DNA of 64,000 nucleotides from Terriglobia bacterium. Lineage in GTDB: Bacteria; Acidobacteriota; Terriglobia; 20CM-2-55-15. Numbering within the stretch: position 1 is the first letter of the stretch; each line of letters begins with the position of its first letter. The notes under the pieces were generated by a model, which worked only from the letters and a program-made list of their open reading frames with translations, did not search any database and was not told where the DNA came from. Both the position numbers and the translations under genes were made by a program. The stretch spans positions 205,346 through 269,345 of the forward strand of contig CBDCLE010000017.1 of assembly GCA_965218585.1 (NCBI GenBank), given 5' to 3'. Below are positions 19,774 through 32,867 of the stretch, in pieces.

Positions 19774-19975
19774 AACCGCGCTCGAACGCGCCAAACGCTC
19801 CACCCCTGCCTCTGCTACACGGGCCTCGCGGGTCGGCAAGAAGGGTATGCTGATTCACATCGACCCGGCGTTGTCCCGACACCTGAAGCACCTTGCGCTT
19901 GACGAAGACAAGACCCTGCAGCAACTCGGAGTTGAAGCCCTTGAGATGTTGCTCGCGTCTCGATCCAAAATCTGA
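19754..19975 (+). CDS. ParG-like RHH protein
   Basis: Overlaps the parA stop; SRVGKKGMLIHIDP...LKHLALDEDKTLQQLGVEALE. Confidence 0.75.
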   Translation: MTRSNLETALERAKRSTPASATRASRVGKKGMLIHIDPALSRHLKHLALDEDKTLQQLGVEALEMLLASRSKI

Positions 19976-20046
19976 AACTGGCATCCCTCTGTGGTTGTCT
20001 TGTTTGCGGACCTGATTCGGAATACAGCTCATGTATAGGGAGGATC

Positions 20047-20970
20047 ATGGGATACAAACAGCCCGCGATGACCACTGACGGGCGGCGACACTTCACCATC
20101 TTCGATCAGGTGGACCAGTTGGTAGCGGCCAGCGAAGCGGACGCCGCCGTGGGCTTTATGGCGCGGATGATGGTGTTGTGCTCATTGCCGCGCACCAACC
20201 CCGGCAACCGGAAAGAGTACAAGCGCGTCAACGGTCCCTACACGCTCTACATGAACGCGGTCGGTGGCTCTAAGCTCCCCTTCGGCAACATCCCCCGCCT
20301 GTTGCTGGCTTGGCTCTCGACCGAAGCTGTGCGAACCCAAAACCGCGAGATCGTTTTAGGAAAATCGCTTTCCGAGTTCATGCGGTCATTGGGTGTCTTG
20401 AGTAGTGACAGCGGTGGAGCAAGCGGCATCCGCACTAGGCTCCGCAACCAGATGCGGCGGCTCTTTAGCGCCCATGTACGGTTGGTCTACGAAGACAAGC
20501 ATGGAGAGCAATTCGTTTCATTGGCTATCGCCGACCGGGGCGAGTTTTGGTGGAACGAGCGTAAGCCCGATCAGCCCGTGCTGTGGGAGAGCAAAATCTA
20601 TCTAGGGGAGCAGTTCTTTAACGAGATCATCCGCCACCCCGTACCGATTGACATGAACACCCTCAAGGCGCTCAAACGATCTACGTTGGGTCTCGATCTC
20701 TACCTGTGGCTCATCTACCGGACCTTCGCGCTCCGTGCTCCGCAACCGCTCACATGGAAGCAGTTGTACCAGCAGTTCGGAGCACACCCGGCCAAAGTCA
20801 GCGACAACAGCACTGTTCAAGCCTTCCGTTACAAGGTTCTCCGCGAATTGAAGAAGATCAAGCTGGCCTGGCCGGAGTTGAACTACGCAACGGCTCCGGG
20901 TGTCCTGATCCTACATCCCTCGACACCGGCAATCCCACCGGCACCCGAACCGCTACGCCTCGTTGAATAG
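20047..20970 (+). CDS. repA: Plasmid replication initiator RepA (IncW/RepA_C-like), copy 2
   Basis: Same motifs as repA1 (LCSLPRTNPG, LPFGNIPRLLLAWLSTEAVRT, GLDLYLWL); clearly paralogous but diverged. Confidence 0.88.
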   Translation: MGYKQPAMTTDGRRHFTIFDQVDQLVAASEADAAVGFMARMMVLCSLPRTNPGNRKEYKRVNGPYTLYMNAVGGSKLPFGNIPRLLLAWLSTEAVRTQNREIVLGKSLSEFMRSLGVLSSDSGGASGIRTRLRNQMRRLFSAHVRLVYEDKHGEQFVSLAIADRGEFWWNERKPDQPVLWESKIYLGEQFFNEIIRHPVPIDMNTLKALKRSTLGLDLYLWLIYRTFALRAPQPLTWKQLYQQFGAHPAKVSDNSTVQAFRYKVLRELKKIKLAWPELNYATAPGVLILHPSTPAIPPAPEPLRLVE

Positions 20971-21162
20971 CCTTTCCCGGCCTCTCAGCGGCCCGTCAGC
21001 AGGCTTTCCGCGTCAGGTTGGGCTCTATAGCCCGCATATTTCACCAATAGGACCAGAAAAGGCCGCCCTGTCTGGCATAAAGCGTTTTGAAATAAACGTT
21101 TAACAAGCCAAACGGAGACGGCCCTTATGAGAACAGAGTGTAACCAAACGACGTTCGAATTT

Positions 21163-22239
21163 GAGGTCGTTCCAATCGGTGTGTAAAAAGAGAAGGCGGT
21201 GTACGCTTTCGGTGAATTCGAAACCGTAAGCAATCCCGGCAGCAATCGGGAGAAAGGTACACCACCCATGAAGAAGAAGAACATACCGGCATCAGTGGCG
21301 TCAACGAACGCGTATGAAGGTTTGGAGGACTGGGCGCGATCCCGGGTCCAAGTCTGGCTACAGGAGCTGCTCGAGGACGAAGTCACTCAATTTCTGGGTC
21401 GGGAAAAGTTGGAGCGGAGTCCGAATCGACGAGGATACCGGAACGGTCACGGGAAGCCGCGACGCTTCGCAATGATGAACGGTACGATGGAGGTTCGACG
21501 ACCTCGGGTTCGAAACACCGCCGAGCGGTTCGAGAGTCAGATCCTGCCGTATTTTCGACGGAAATCGAAACAGCTGGGCGAGCTACTTCCCGATCTCTAC
21601 CTCCACGGTCTGGCCACAGGGGACTTCGAGCAGGCCATGCGCGGACTGCTTGGCGCTGGCGCTCCGTTGTCGCGAGCATCGATCCAACGACTGAAATCGA
21701 CCTGGCAGTTGGAGTATGACGAGTGGGTCCAGCAGGACCTGTCCGGCCTCGAGGTCGTGTACCAGTGGGCAGACGGCTTGTACGTGAAAGCCGGGGATCG
21801 CGAAAGAGCGAGCGGCATTGCTGGTGATCATCGGAGCCTTGTCAGACGGGCGCAAAGTGCTGTTGGCCTGTGAGAGCGGGCAGCGGGAAAGCAAGGAGTC
21901 CTGGAGCCGCATTCTGCGCAATCTCCAGAGACGGGGCCTGAAGCTGGGACGGCTGACTGTCGCGGACGGTCACCTGGGCATCTGGTCCGCGCTGGCCGAG
22001 CAACAGCCCCAGGGCCAGGAACAACGCTGCTGGAACCACAAGTCGATCAACGTGGTCGATCATCTGCCGAAGACCGAGCAGCCCGCGGCCAGACAGCTGC
22101 TTCATGGGATGGCCTTCGCGAACTCCCGCGCGGCCTGCGAACGAAAGCGGGATCAGTTCGTCCGCCGATATGAGAAGAACTATCCCAAAGCGGGTGAGAC
22201 GCTGTTGCGGGACTGGGACCGGATGATTACTTTCTATGA
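21163..22239 (+). mobile_element. IS256-family element, truncated and frameshifted second copy
   Basis: Near-identical to 10944-12020, with an extra C at ~21791; ends abruptly at the junction with the istA fragment. Confidence 0.9.
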
Positions 22240-22509
22240 CGCGGACACTGACCGGCCGGTTGGCAAACGCGGCCGGCACGCTGTAGCGATTACGCGCGAA
22301 GGCGATAAGGCAGGCCGGAGAAACACGCTTGGTGTGCTCGACAAAGCCATCGAACGGCGTCGGCATGCGCATCAGATGCGCGTGCTCATCGGCCCAGACC
22401 TCGGCGACTGTACGCTGGGGCTGCTCCGGGTGATGGATCTCGTCCCAGAGACCCCGGCATCGCCGCTCAAGCCACACGTTGAACCGCCCCGGGAATCCCG
22501 GAGACCGTT

Positions 22510-23738
<1,229 letters not shown>

Positions 23739-24710
23739 GATGACTCCCATCCTCTCAAGAAATGGAGTCTCCGGAAAACCCGGGGCGGTTCACGTTCACG
23801 TCACGGAAGCCAGCAAACTCAGGCGCGTCATGGAACAGACGGGGCCGCGCGTCCCGGACGTTCTTCTCGATCTGGCCTTTCTCCCATCCGGCGCCAGGCG
23901 TGCAGAACTCCGCTTCGAACAGGAAATGGCTCACCATCGCCTTGAACCGGGCGTTGACCACCCGGGCCTTCCCTCGGCCCACTCGGTCCACCGCTGTCTT
24001 CATGTTGTCGTAGATGCCCCGCCGGGGCACACCGCCCAACGCCGCCAGACAATAGTTGTGGGCGTCGAACAGCATCTCGTGGGACTGTAGCGGATAAGCC
24101 CGCAGCATGAACGCCCGGCTGTGGCAGAGTTTGAACTGCGCCACCATCAGCTTCGTGCGTTCACCGCCGATGACCACCCAGTCCTCGCTCCAGTCGAACT
24201 GGAACGCTTCGCCGGGCGCAAACACCAGCGGCACGAACGTGTCCCGGCTCACCTTCGAGGCTTCTTGCTGTTGGCGCCGCCATACCCGCGCAAACGCCGC
24301 CACACGGTCATAGGACCCCGTGTAGCCAAGCTTCATCAACTCGCCGTGCAGCTGCTTGAGATTACGCCGCTCCTTGCGACCCCGGGCCGATTCCCGCTTC
24401 AGCCACGACGCCAGCAACTCGGCGTAGCCGTCCACTTTGCTCCGGCTCCTGCGCTTCGGATAGACCGCCTCCAGAGCGCCGTTCGCCAAGTGCTTCCGGA
24501 TCGTATTACGCGACAGCTTCGTTCGCCTGCTGATCTCTCGAATCGATACGCCCTCTCGTACATGCCAGCGTCTGATCACACTCAATATCGCCACGTCTAT
24601 CACTCCTTTGCCCTCCTGCTCTGTTAATCGGCAGGAATGGGTATACACGTGGGTCAAATTTCGATGCAAATACCCGCTTTAAGTGGATCAGTTTTGGGTG
24701 CAAATCAACA

Positions 24711-27700
24711 GTCGGGGTTCATGCGATAAAAAAACGTGCTCTTGGTCCATCCCGGATCGATGCGATAGAGAGTGGAAAGCATCGGCGCCATACGCACCCG
24801 CGCTAGCTTGGCGGCCGGATCATCTCCCTCGGCAATCTTCTTGAAGTCCGAGCGAAGTCCACGCGGAAAGCCGGGATTCTCCGCGGCTGAAACGCGCGGG
24901 GTACCTTCTATCAGTTCGTTGTAAAGGATGTCTCCCAGAACTCCGCCGGCATCGTTGATAGCCGTGTTGAAATCAAAATCGTCCGGCGGATCATCGTCCT
25001 TCAGTGCAGCCCAAATCCGTCCCCATAGCTTCCGTCTCTGTTTCTTTCCGAGCCGCCGCCATGTGTCTTCGAGCCATCTTGCAGCCTGAATTGAAAGTTT
25101 AGCCACATTCTCCAGCGGCATGTCGATCAAGAGGCCCGCGACTTCACGCTCCATAGTGTTGGCGGCGTTTCCCTCTCCCGCCTGTAGGGATGCACCTAGG
25201 AGCGTACCCCACGGCTGAATCGGCCAGATTTCATTCTTCGCCGTGCCTTTCAGCAGTTTCACCGCGTCATTCCCATCGTCTGCCACGAACCGGTTCCAGC
25301 CTCCCCCACACTCCTCCCAAGGCATACCCATTTGCGTTTTCGACCATTGAATGAATTTCTCGATGGACATGCTGGCGAAGTCCTCCAGCACGTCGGCAGT
25401 CCTTGGGTCAGCATCGCCGTCAGTGCCGCCAGGCAGGCGATCATAGACCTCTTGGGCCGATGTCGGCAGCACCGCTCCAGACTCCGTCAGCTTGTGTAGT
25501 CTCAGGCGAATCTCAGCGTCACGTAGACCGCTCCATTCATCGTCTGTGAGATCGTCGCGATACCACGACCGTGGTGGCCCTTTCAGAATCGCTTCGGTGA
25601 GGCGGTCGAGGCATCCTCCTCGAATATCATGTCCGCGCTTTCTCAAAAATCTCAGCGCTTCTCGCCGTGTTTGGTTGTCCCACAATGCCGGGTGCGGACC
25701 ATCTAGAAGAATCTCCAGCCCGAGTTCCACGTCATGCATTCCGGCCTCCCGTGGTTGCATACAACGCTAGACGGCGGAACACTGGATAAGGCAGCGATTG
25801 CCAGCGTCTCACGAGGCGCGCTGCCGCGGCGTTGTCGCCGGTGAAGATGAGTGCGTCGTATGAGTCCCGGGTCAGTGCGATGAGTTGTGTCCAGACAGGC
25901 GTGAACATGTTCTGCTGTTCATGCGGACTGATGGACGGATATTTAATGTACGTGTTGTCCCAGTCTGATGCGGCCAGATCGAGTTCACGATGCCAGTCCA
26001 TCGCCTCTCGCAAACGTGTCGTCAGCTCGTCCGCCATTGTGGCCAACGCGCCTTCCCAATCTTCGGCATTCTCCTGAACCTTTTGTACATCGAGATCGTT
26101 TTCAATCCCGACCAGCTCGATTCCTATTTCACAGAAATTCTTAGGGCGTTTCAGGTCCGGCTCCCCCAGATCCGTGAAATACGTCGGCATGACCTTGAAC
26201 ACCGGAATGGGTCGCAGCCTGTTTAGAAAACACCATCTGGCATAAGCATCACCGGGCCCAAGGCGGAGGTGGCTGGAATTGAGAAAGGATCGACTTTGAT
26301 GCTTTTCCGAGAGCGCATGTGCATAACCGTCGTTCGCAAGGATCCGCCAGATTTTTCGGAAGGCCGGACGAATTGGATATTTGTCGTTATTCAGTCGGAC
26401 CCGAATCACCCGACGAAGTTCGGCATGCAACACGGCCCCTTCAGACAGGGCCCAGTCGAGCGCCCGTTGGCTATCGAGAGAGTTCGCAACCCAGCGACCT
26501 AGGGCGTGTTAACACTAACGTAGTGCCTCGACGATGAGTGCGAAGTGAAGGAAGGCGAGGAACATGACGTCGAGTTTATCGAAACGGGAGAAGATACGCC
26601 GAAAACCCTTGAGTCGGCGGAAGAGCCTCTCGACTTCGTTCCTGCGGCGGTAGAGCACGCGGTCGTATTCCCACGGCTCCAGGCGGTTGCGCTTGGGCGG
26701 CACGACGGGAATCCACCCAAAATCCAGAGCCAATTGGCGGGTCTGGTCGTCCTGGTAGGCACGGTCCATCAGCAGCGGCAGCGGCGCGGGCAACGGCCCC
26801 AGGCCGGCGAGCAGATCGCGGCCCTGCGGGGCGTCGTGCGCTTGGCCGGGCGAGAGCGCAAACGTTATCGCCGTTCGAGCATTCGCGGCAACCAGATGAA
26901 TCTTGGTGGTCCATCCACCGCGGGATTTGCCGATCGCTTGCGGACCGTTTTTTTTAACGCTCCCGTGCCGTCGGGATGCACCTTCACAATGGTCGAGTCC
27001 ATCGAAACGGCTTCCACCCGGATGCGCACCAGTTGCTCGCGCTGGAGTTTTTCGAAGACGGCGTCGAGCACCCCGTTCTTGGACCAGCGGTTCATCCGGG
27101 TGTAGATGGTGTGCCAGTTGCCAAAGCGCTTGGGCAGACCGCGCCACTTGCAGCCCTGCTCAGCCACATACAAAATGGCGTTCAAGACCGTCAGGTTCGA
27201 AAGACTGACGTTGCCCCGCTGACGCGGCAGTTCCGGCTCGATGCGACAATACTGCTCCTGTGTGATCTCCATGCCTGATTATAAAACATTCATGCTCATT
27301 AGTGTTAACACGCTCTAGTTCGAACGTAACTTTGTGGAGGGCGATATGATCGGACAGCCGTAGCGAGGCTAATGATGCGGCGACGGGATTCCCATTATCG
27401 GTTTCAGAAATGGCTAACCCCAACAGACGCTCCTTTTGTAGAGGAGCGATCCAGCCCGGATTCGGACAGCTTTCACCCGTCTGACCTGCAAAATATCTTG
27501 CGACCTCAACACCCTTGAGCGCCCAGGCCATCTCTCGGATAGCAGGGTCGTTTTCGCCGACGGGCAGGACCTGACTAAGCCGTTCCACCTTTTGCTTACG
27601 CCCCATGATGCCTTGACGATGATCATCAGCCCAGTCTTTCAAGGTCCGCCAAAGCTGCTGGTGGTCATCGGCGGTATCGTACGAAAGCGGCTTTATCCCC

Positions 27701-28539
27701 TTGAGTGTCCATTGCTGTTCGGCTTCTGCAGCGGTCGCTGCTTCTTCGTCGCCGCCATACGGTGCAAAAGCACAAGGCTCCTTGAATTGTTGTGGGTTTT
27801 CCCATCTCGCCGCCGCCAGAGCACTTACCAGATAGCGCATCGTCGGATCTTCAACGCTGTAGCCGATAAAGACGACGCGGTAATGCCGGAACAGTTCCAC
27901 CGCAAACCTGAGCGCCCATCCTTCCAACATGTAGGCCATACCGAAATCGGCCGTCGTCAAGACGAGCTGTCGGTCATGCGGACTACTCTTCAGTTTGCCG
28001 TGCACATATACCAATCCTTGAAAGGTCTCCGGCCTAGCCGGTGGCAAAGCCGGGGCAACATGCACGGCCATGCGATGGCCCAGACCTTCCTGTCTTCGCA
28101 ATTTTGCTTGTGCCTGCTCGAAGAAGTGGTCGAAATTTGTTGTGACTAGGCGACCGCGCTCCGTGTCGAGATCTGCCAATCGGGCCAAAACCAAATGTTT
28201 CTCTAGGGTTTTTGTTCTCGGCGTCGATAGGTACTGGCGTACTTTGTCGCGTACGACCTTCGGTTCGTAACCGCCTTCACCGGGGGATTCCAAAATGCCC
28301 AGCGCCTCGTCGTACCTATGATTTCTGAAAGCTCGCCATGCCAGTGCCTCCATAGACCCTGGCGTGCAAACATCTTCACCAGGAAGCATGTCCGTCAGGA
28401 CGCAACTGGTCAATCCCTTGAAGCTTGTCAGTCCCGCGGGCATGGATACGCCCGCCCCGCAGAAAAACACAATTTCACCGTCTTCATGGCCTTGCCGAAG
28501 TTCTTCAGGAATTAAGTCCATGCACTTTTCGTCCGTCAC
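24711..28539 (-). pseudogene. Dsr1-like SIR2-domain anti-phage protein, fragmented
   Basis: IVFFCGAGVS, LVTTNFD, LVYVHG, LVLTTADFGMAY..W..RF..ELFR, FIGYSVEDP. Continues past IS5 in ORFs 25732-26433 and 24705-25760 via frameshifts; truncated by the IS21 end. Confidence 0.8.
26503..27314 (-). mobile_element. IS5-family (IS427-like) insertion sequence with two frameshifted ORFs
   Basis: IRs GCGTGTTAACACTAA, CTAG duplication. OrfA 26865-27272 (WRGLPKRFGNWHTIYTR) and OrfB (IGKSRGGWTTKIH, RNEVERLF) are joined at an A-run. Confidence 0.92.
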
Positions 28540-28705
28540 CTGCTGAGTTCTGAGTCCGTGTGATCTGCCCTGTTCAAACGAGCCCCGTTTACAAATGCTT
28601 GAAGTTGCCGATTCTATGAGAACCTGCAGAAAATCCAGCGCGTTTCCACCGCGGCCTGGAAGTCTTCAGCTTTCACACCTCAGACAACCCCGACGGCGGG
28701 TTTAC

Positions 28706-28945
28706 TTACGAAACATTAACCAGTGGGATTTTTACTCGATTGGGGTCATAGAGCCAGTCGCCCCCGTCCCTGTAGACGTTGTCCACCTGACTCGCGTAGA
28801 CCTTGTAGCCGAATCCGCCGTGGCCAATCTCGTACAGTTTGGTCTTGACGGCCGTGGTCCACACCGTATTTCGCTCCGCTTTGTCGACCTGAAGACTGTT
28901 GAGGCCCTCACAGAGGGCGCGCATGATTTCTAATTTCCCGGGCAT
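28706..28945 (-). pseudogene. Hypothetical protein N-terminal fragment
   Basis: Protein-like stretch WTTAVKTKLYEIG...GDWLYD, then apparent truncation; family not identified. Confidence 0.3.
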
Positions 28946-29126
28946 CGCTAAACCCAACCCTTCATGGTCAAAGGCATGCGAGGTGAAGGAATGCAGCTTG
29001 AGCGCGTACGACGGCGGCAAAAAGGATTGACGCTGGACACCTCACCTTATCCATCCGGGTAGTTGACACTATCTATCCGCCTGCTACGATGTAAGAATAA
29101 GTAATATCAAATAAGACAGAGATGCC

Positions 29127-29423
29127 ATGCGAACACGGCAAACATTTACCATATCCCTCCCCGAGTCTATGGCCAAACAGGTCGAGGAGGCCATGAAGGC
29201 GGAACAGCGGACGCGCTCGGAACTCGTGCGGGAGGCACTCCGCACATACCTGAACAAAAGCGTTCCCGTCGTTGCGGTTTCGAAGGCGGAACTCGCGGCT
29301 ATCCGCCGCGGACGTGCCGAGATCGAGAACGGTGAATACGTAACGTTGGACGAACTCCTCCATGGCCTGGCAGCTACTCATCGCAAGACAAGTCGCAAGA
29401 AAGCTCAAAAAGGTTCCGCATAA
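29127..29423 (+). CDS. CopG/RHH antitoxin
   Basis: TFTISLP...RTRSELVREALRTYL...GEYVTLDEL; overlaps the toxin. Confidence 0.8.
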   Translation: MRTRQTFTISLPESMAKQVEEAMKAEQRTRSELVREALRTYLNKSVPVVAVSKAELAAIRRGRAEIENGEYVTLDELLHGLAATHRKTSRKKAQKGSA

Positions 29424-29619
29424 GGATCAGGAACGGATCGCGGAGGCCCTCGCCGAGATGCGCACGAGTCCGTTCCAAGGCGACATCGCGCGGCTCAAGA
29501 ACGAGTCGGCCGCTTGGCGGCGTCGCGTGGGGAACTACCGGATCTTCTTCGATGTGGATGTGAAAGAACTGTTCGTTAATGTAACCGATATCCGGCGGCG
29601 GACAACGACCACGTATTGA
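29362..29619 (+). CDS. RelE/ParE family toxin
   Basis: DQERIAEAL...PFQGDIARLK...WRRRVGNYRIFF...IRRR. Confidence 0.88.
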   Translation: MAWQLLIARQVARKLKKVPHKDQERIAEALAEMRTSPFQGDIARLKNESAAWRRRVGNYRIFFDVDVKELFVNVTDIRRRTTTTY

Positions 29620-29620
29620 C

Positions 29621-29735
29621 TGTCCAACGTCAATCAAAATTCCTTCTGAACGACAATCAAAATTCCCGCCGCATTGACTCATTGAAAATGTTACCGAACT
29701 GAGGATTGTTGCCTCATTAGAAATGTTACCCAACT
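29621..29735 (+). repeat. IS21-like terminal repeat cluster (orphan element end)
   Basis: TGT start followed by CAATCAAAATTCC x2 and CTCATT(GA/AG)AAATGTTACC x2. Confidence 0.5.
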
Positions 29736-29937
29736 CTATGAGAACGGAGGTGGGAAGTGAGGACACACATGACTGTTGCGGCAAGGCGAGAATTAGCTCT
29801 ACGAACGGCGGTTCGCTACAAGAATGCGATATATCTGCGAAATGTACGTCTTTTGCAATAAGATTTGCAGCGCCATGGATCTGGACGCATGAAGCTCGGG
29901 TACGCGCCTTGTTTCCACATCCTGCGATTTCCCTTCG

Positions 29938-30035
29938 CAAATAGGCCGCAAAACGTTTTTCCTGAGTGCCTGGCGCCTTCGATTTGGCGCTCATGACCGG
30001 ATGCTAACATAAAATAGGCCGTTTGTAACACAGTA
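29938..30035 (-). mobile_element. IS701 left-end fragment
   Basis: Nearly identical to 9109-9206 (IRL plus MSAKSKAPGTQEKRFAAYL). Confidence 0.9.
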
Positions 30036-30781
30036 GTAGTCAATCCGTCCATCAGGTGCATAGCGCCGCAGACCGCTGTGCCGACCATTTCGTCAGGTTC
30101 GAGGCTTCGCAGACGATCGACAAATGTGTCAAAGGGGGCCGCTGCGTCTATCGGGCCTGGCACTGAGGACCGGATCAGCCTCCTCGCGCTCTGCTGCTTT
30201 GCAAATGAGACAAGAAAAACTGCAGGACCCTGCGGTCCGCTTAATTCAACGCTAGCAGGTTCGATATCCCAGTAGAAATCGACCTCTTGGGAAGGAGTGA
30301 GGGGGATTTCCTCACCAGACTCTGCCCGCACGACCTCTGCTAAGAGACCAGCTGAGAGCTCAGGGTTGATAACTTCAGCCGCAATCTGCCGTGCTGTGGA
30401 GAGCAGCCGATCCGCATTAACCTCTATTTGGATCTCAAGATCGAACATTCGGCTCCGTACCTGTTCCGCATTCAAAGCTTCAGGAGCCGCGGCCAGATAG
30501 GCACCGTACCAGGCAAGTGCGACGAGTTCGCGCCCTCCTGCTCTGTCTACTGCGAGTCCCAAGTTGTACATAATCCCGGACGAGTCGGGCGCATGGGACT
30601 GGGCCTCAGTGAAATACCGGACCGCGATATCCCACTGTTCACCTCTCACAGCCGCCGCGCCCCGAGCCAGGGCAGCCTCGGCTTCAGCTGGGAGCGTGCC
30701 CTGCGTCTGAACAGCACTCATGCCTACACCTGCGAATCCCACAATCAGCAGGACAAGCAGTACTCTAAATTTGGTGTTCAT
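30036..30781 (-). CDS. Secreted TPR-containing protein, 3'-truncated by the IS701 end
   Basis: Signal peptide; TPR-like AVRYFTEAQSHAPDSSGIMYNLGLA. Confidence 0.65.
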
Positions 30782-32514
30782 CGCACCTCCCCTGCCTGTG
30801 GCCTCTCGATGATCACGAGCCTCAAGTTCATGATGTCCACAAGCTCCCCTTCCGTCACGATTCGGTCTGGCGCATTCATGTCGAATTCCCAGGTCAAGCC
30901 GAGCAGATATCCCATTGCGTGGCGTAGTGCCAGCGCATTAGGGCTCCGCTTGTAAGCATCCTCAACGCTTTGGAACGCTGCTTCGAAATCACCCGTCCGG
31001 AGGCTTCGGTAGCTCTCGCCCAGTCTCGTGATCACTCCCGGTACGTCGAGCCATGAGGTGGCTGCGGACTGGATGCGATCAAGGCGCGATTGAATGCTTG
31101 CATCGGCTTCCGAGTCTTCACCGGCCAAGCGATCACGGAGGCGTTCGAGTTCACTCAGTAGGTCTGGCTCCACGTCACCGTCAGACTCAAGCCGGGCTAT
31201 CGTGCCCGAAAGCATGGCCGCAATCTCAGCATCCTGTTGTGGATCGTTCTGGAGCATCTCTAGGAATTCTCTCTCTACCGTTCTTTGGAACTCTAACTCG
31301 ATTGCTTCGGTTATTGATGCGCTGGTCGCCTCGTCAATTCCAGCATCGCGCTCCTCAACCAGCGCCGCGATCTCCTGATACTGACTCTGCGCCTCCATCC
31401 GGCGAACTTCCGCGTAGATGCCCTTGGTATAGTTCAACGCATCCCAGATGGCCTGTTCCTTCTGTGGATCGAGTTCGTCGAACAATGCCCGCTCCAAGTA
31501 ATCGATGCTGACTTCCCAGTTCTGGTTTCCGTACTCCAACGCGTCAAGGAGGACGTTTGTTCTGAACGAAGGATCCAGGGGTGCTCCGTTAGACGAGTCC
31601 GCTCCTCTCGCTGCAAGGGGATCGACGACGATCTCGCTTGGGTCCAGAAAAGCCATCGGCACTGGTGCTGAATCCTGATTTCCCGGAGCGACGAGTCGGG
31701 TCCCAACGTCTACGAACTCCAATGGCTCGGCTGTCGCAGCCGGTGTCAATGCCACAGCATCTGTGGCACGTCGATCCAGATCGGCAGTCACTTGTGTTGA
31801 AAGATCATCCATGATATTTGCGATGCGGTCTCTTGCGTTTTCCAAAGCCTGTCGCTCACGTTCCGTCCGTGCTTCAAGTGCTTCGAAGCGCGCAATCTCC
31901 TCTTCGAGCAGTCTGGCTTTTTCTTCCGCCTCTGCCGCTGCACGCGCTGAATCCAGCCCGGAAACGGATCTCGACGAGCTGGAACCGCACTGGGCCTGTA
32001 ATTCCAGATAGGCTTCTATCGTTTCGATCATTTCCATCATCAGGCCCGCCGATCTTTCCTGTTCGTTGGCGAGCTGTCTGCTGAGACGGGCCAGGTTCGC
32101 TCCTCCCGGAATACCTCCGTTAACGACGGCAGCGTTCCGGTTGAATGAAGCCATGTCGAGGTGAGAAGTAAGCAATTCTTGTGTGAACGCGAGCTGCGAA
32201 TCAACTCCTGTGGGGCCCGGGCAGCGGAAGTTCTGCATGTCGTTATTCCACACGGTAAGTGCACTTCGCAATGCAGCCTGAGTGTCCGCTTCAGCCAGCA
32301 GCCAAGCGCGCGCACCAGCCTCCCGATCACGTACGTTGTCGGCGCCGCCGCCGCAATCCGGCGGGCAATAATGATTGCCTCCATTGAGATCGACCCAAAT
32401 GTAACTTCCGTCTACTGTCGCCGCACCGGAATTGCCCACTTGTTCAGCGGCGGCTGCGGTGATGGGTAAGACGATGGCGAGGAAGAAAAACGCATGAACA
32501 GGATTTAGTCTCAT
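30778..32514 (-). CDS. Secreted hypothetical protein (Cys-containing N-terminus, coiled coil, C-terminal TPR-like)
   Basis: 578-aa ORF with signal peptide and acidic helical content; ATGA overlap with the downstream TPR gene. Confidence 0.7.
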   Translation of the reverse strand: MRLNPVHAFFFLAIVLPITAAAAEQVGNSGAATVDGSYIWVDLNGGNHYCPPDCGGGADNVRDREAGARAWLLAEADTQAALRSALTVWNNDMQNFRCPGPTGVDSQLAFTQELLTSHLDMASFNRNAAVVNGGIPGGANLARLSRQLANEQERSAGLMMEMIETIEAYLELQAQCGSSSSRSVSGLDSARAAAEAEEKARLLEEEIARFEALEARTERERQALENARDRIANIMDDLSTQVTADLDRRATDAVALTPAATAEPLEFVDVGTRLVAPGNQDSAPVPMAFLDPSEIVVDPLAARGADSSNGAPLDPSFRTNVLLDALEYGNQNWEVSIDYLERALFDELDPQKEQAIWDALNYTKGIYAEVRRMEAQSQYQEIAALVEERDAGIDEATSASITEAIELEFQRTVEREFLEMLQNDPQQDAEIAAMLSGTIARLESDGDVEPDLLSELERLRDRLAGEDSEADASIQSRLDRIQSAATSWLDVPGVITRLGESYRSLRTGDFEAAFQSVEDAYKRSPNALALRHAMGYLLGLTWEFDMNAPDRIVTEGELVDIMNLRLVIIERPQAGEVR

Positions 32515-32705
32515 GGTTGGTCCCGTGTTCTGGTCGATAAAACCAATTGTTAGTTGAAGATACCTTGTGCGAACGATACCACGGTGTCGCTTGACAGAAA
32601 ACGAAATTCAACCGAATGAGGGAGGGTCTGCCAGTGCGACAGAAGTACTAGAACTTAAGCACAGCAGAACTTTCGAGGACGCCTTACGAGTCATTGATTC
32701 TAAAG

Positions 32706-32777
<72 letters not shown>

Positions 32778-32867
32778 TTGAGTCGACGTCGAATCGAAAT
32801 ATAACGTCTCTGCAACGTGGTTGGCAAGGAGATCGGACGTGGAGTTGCCCTCAAGCATGGGGCCTTC

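Noticed and set aside
29816-30035. C-terminus of the 321-aa TPR ORF
   Set aside because: Derived from the IS701 end fragment and flanking DNA.
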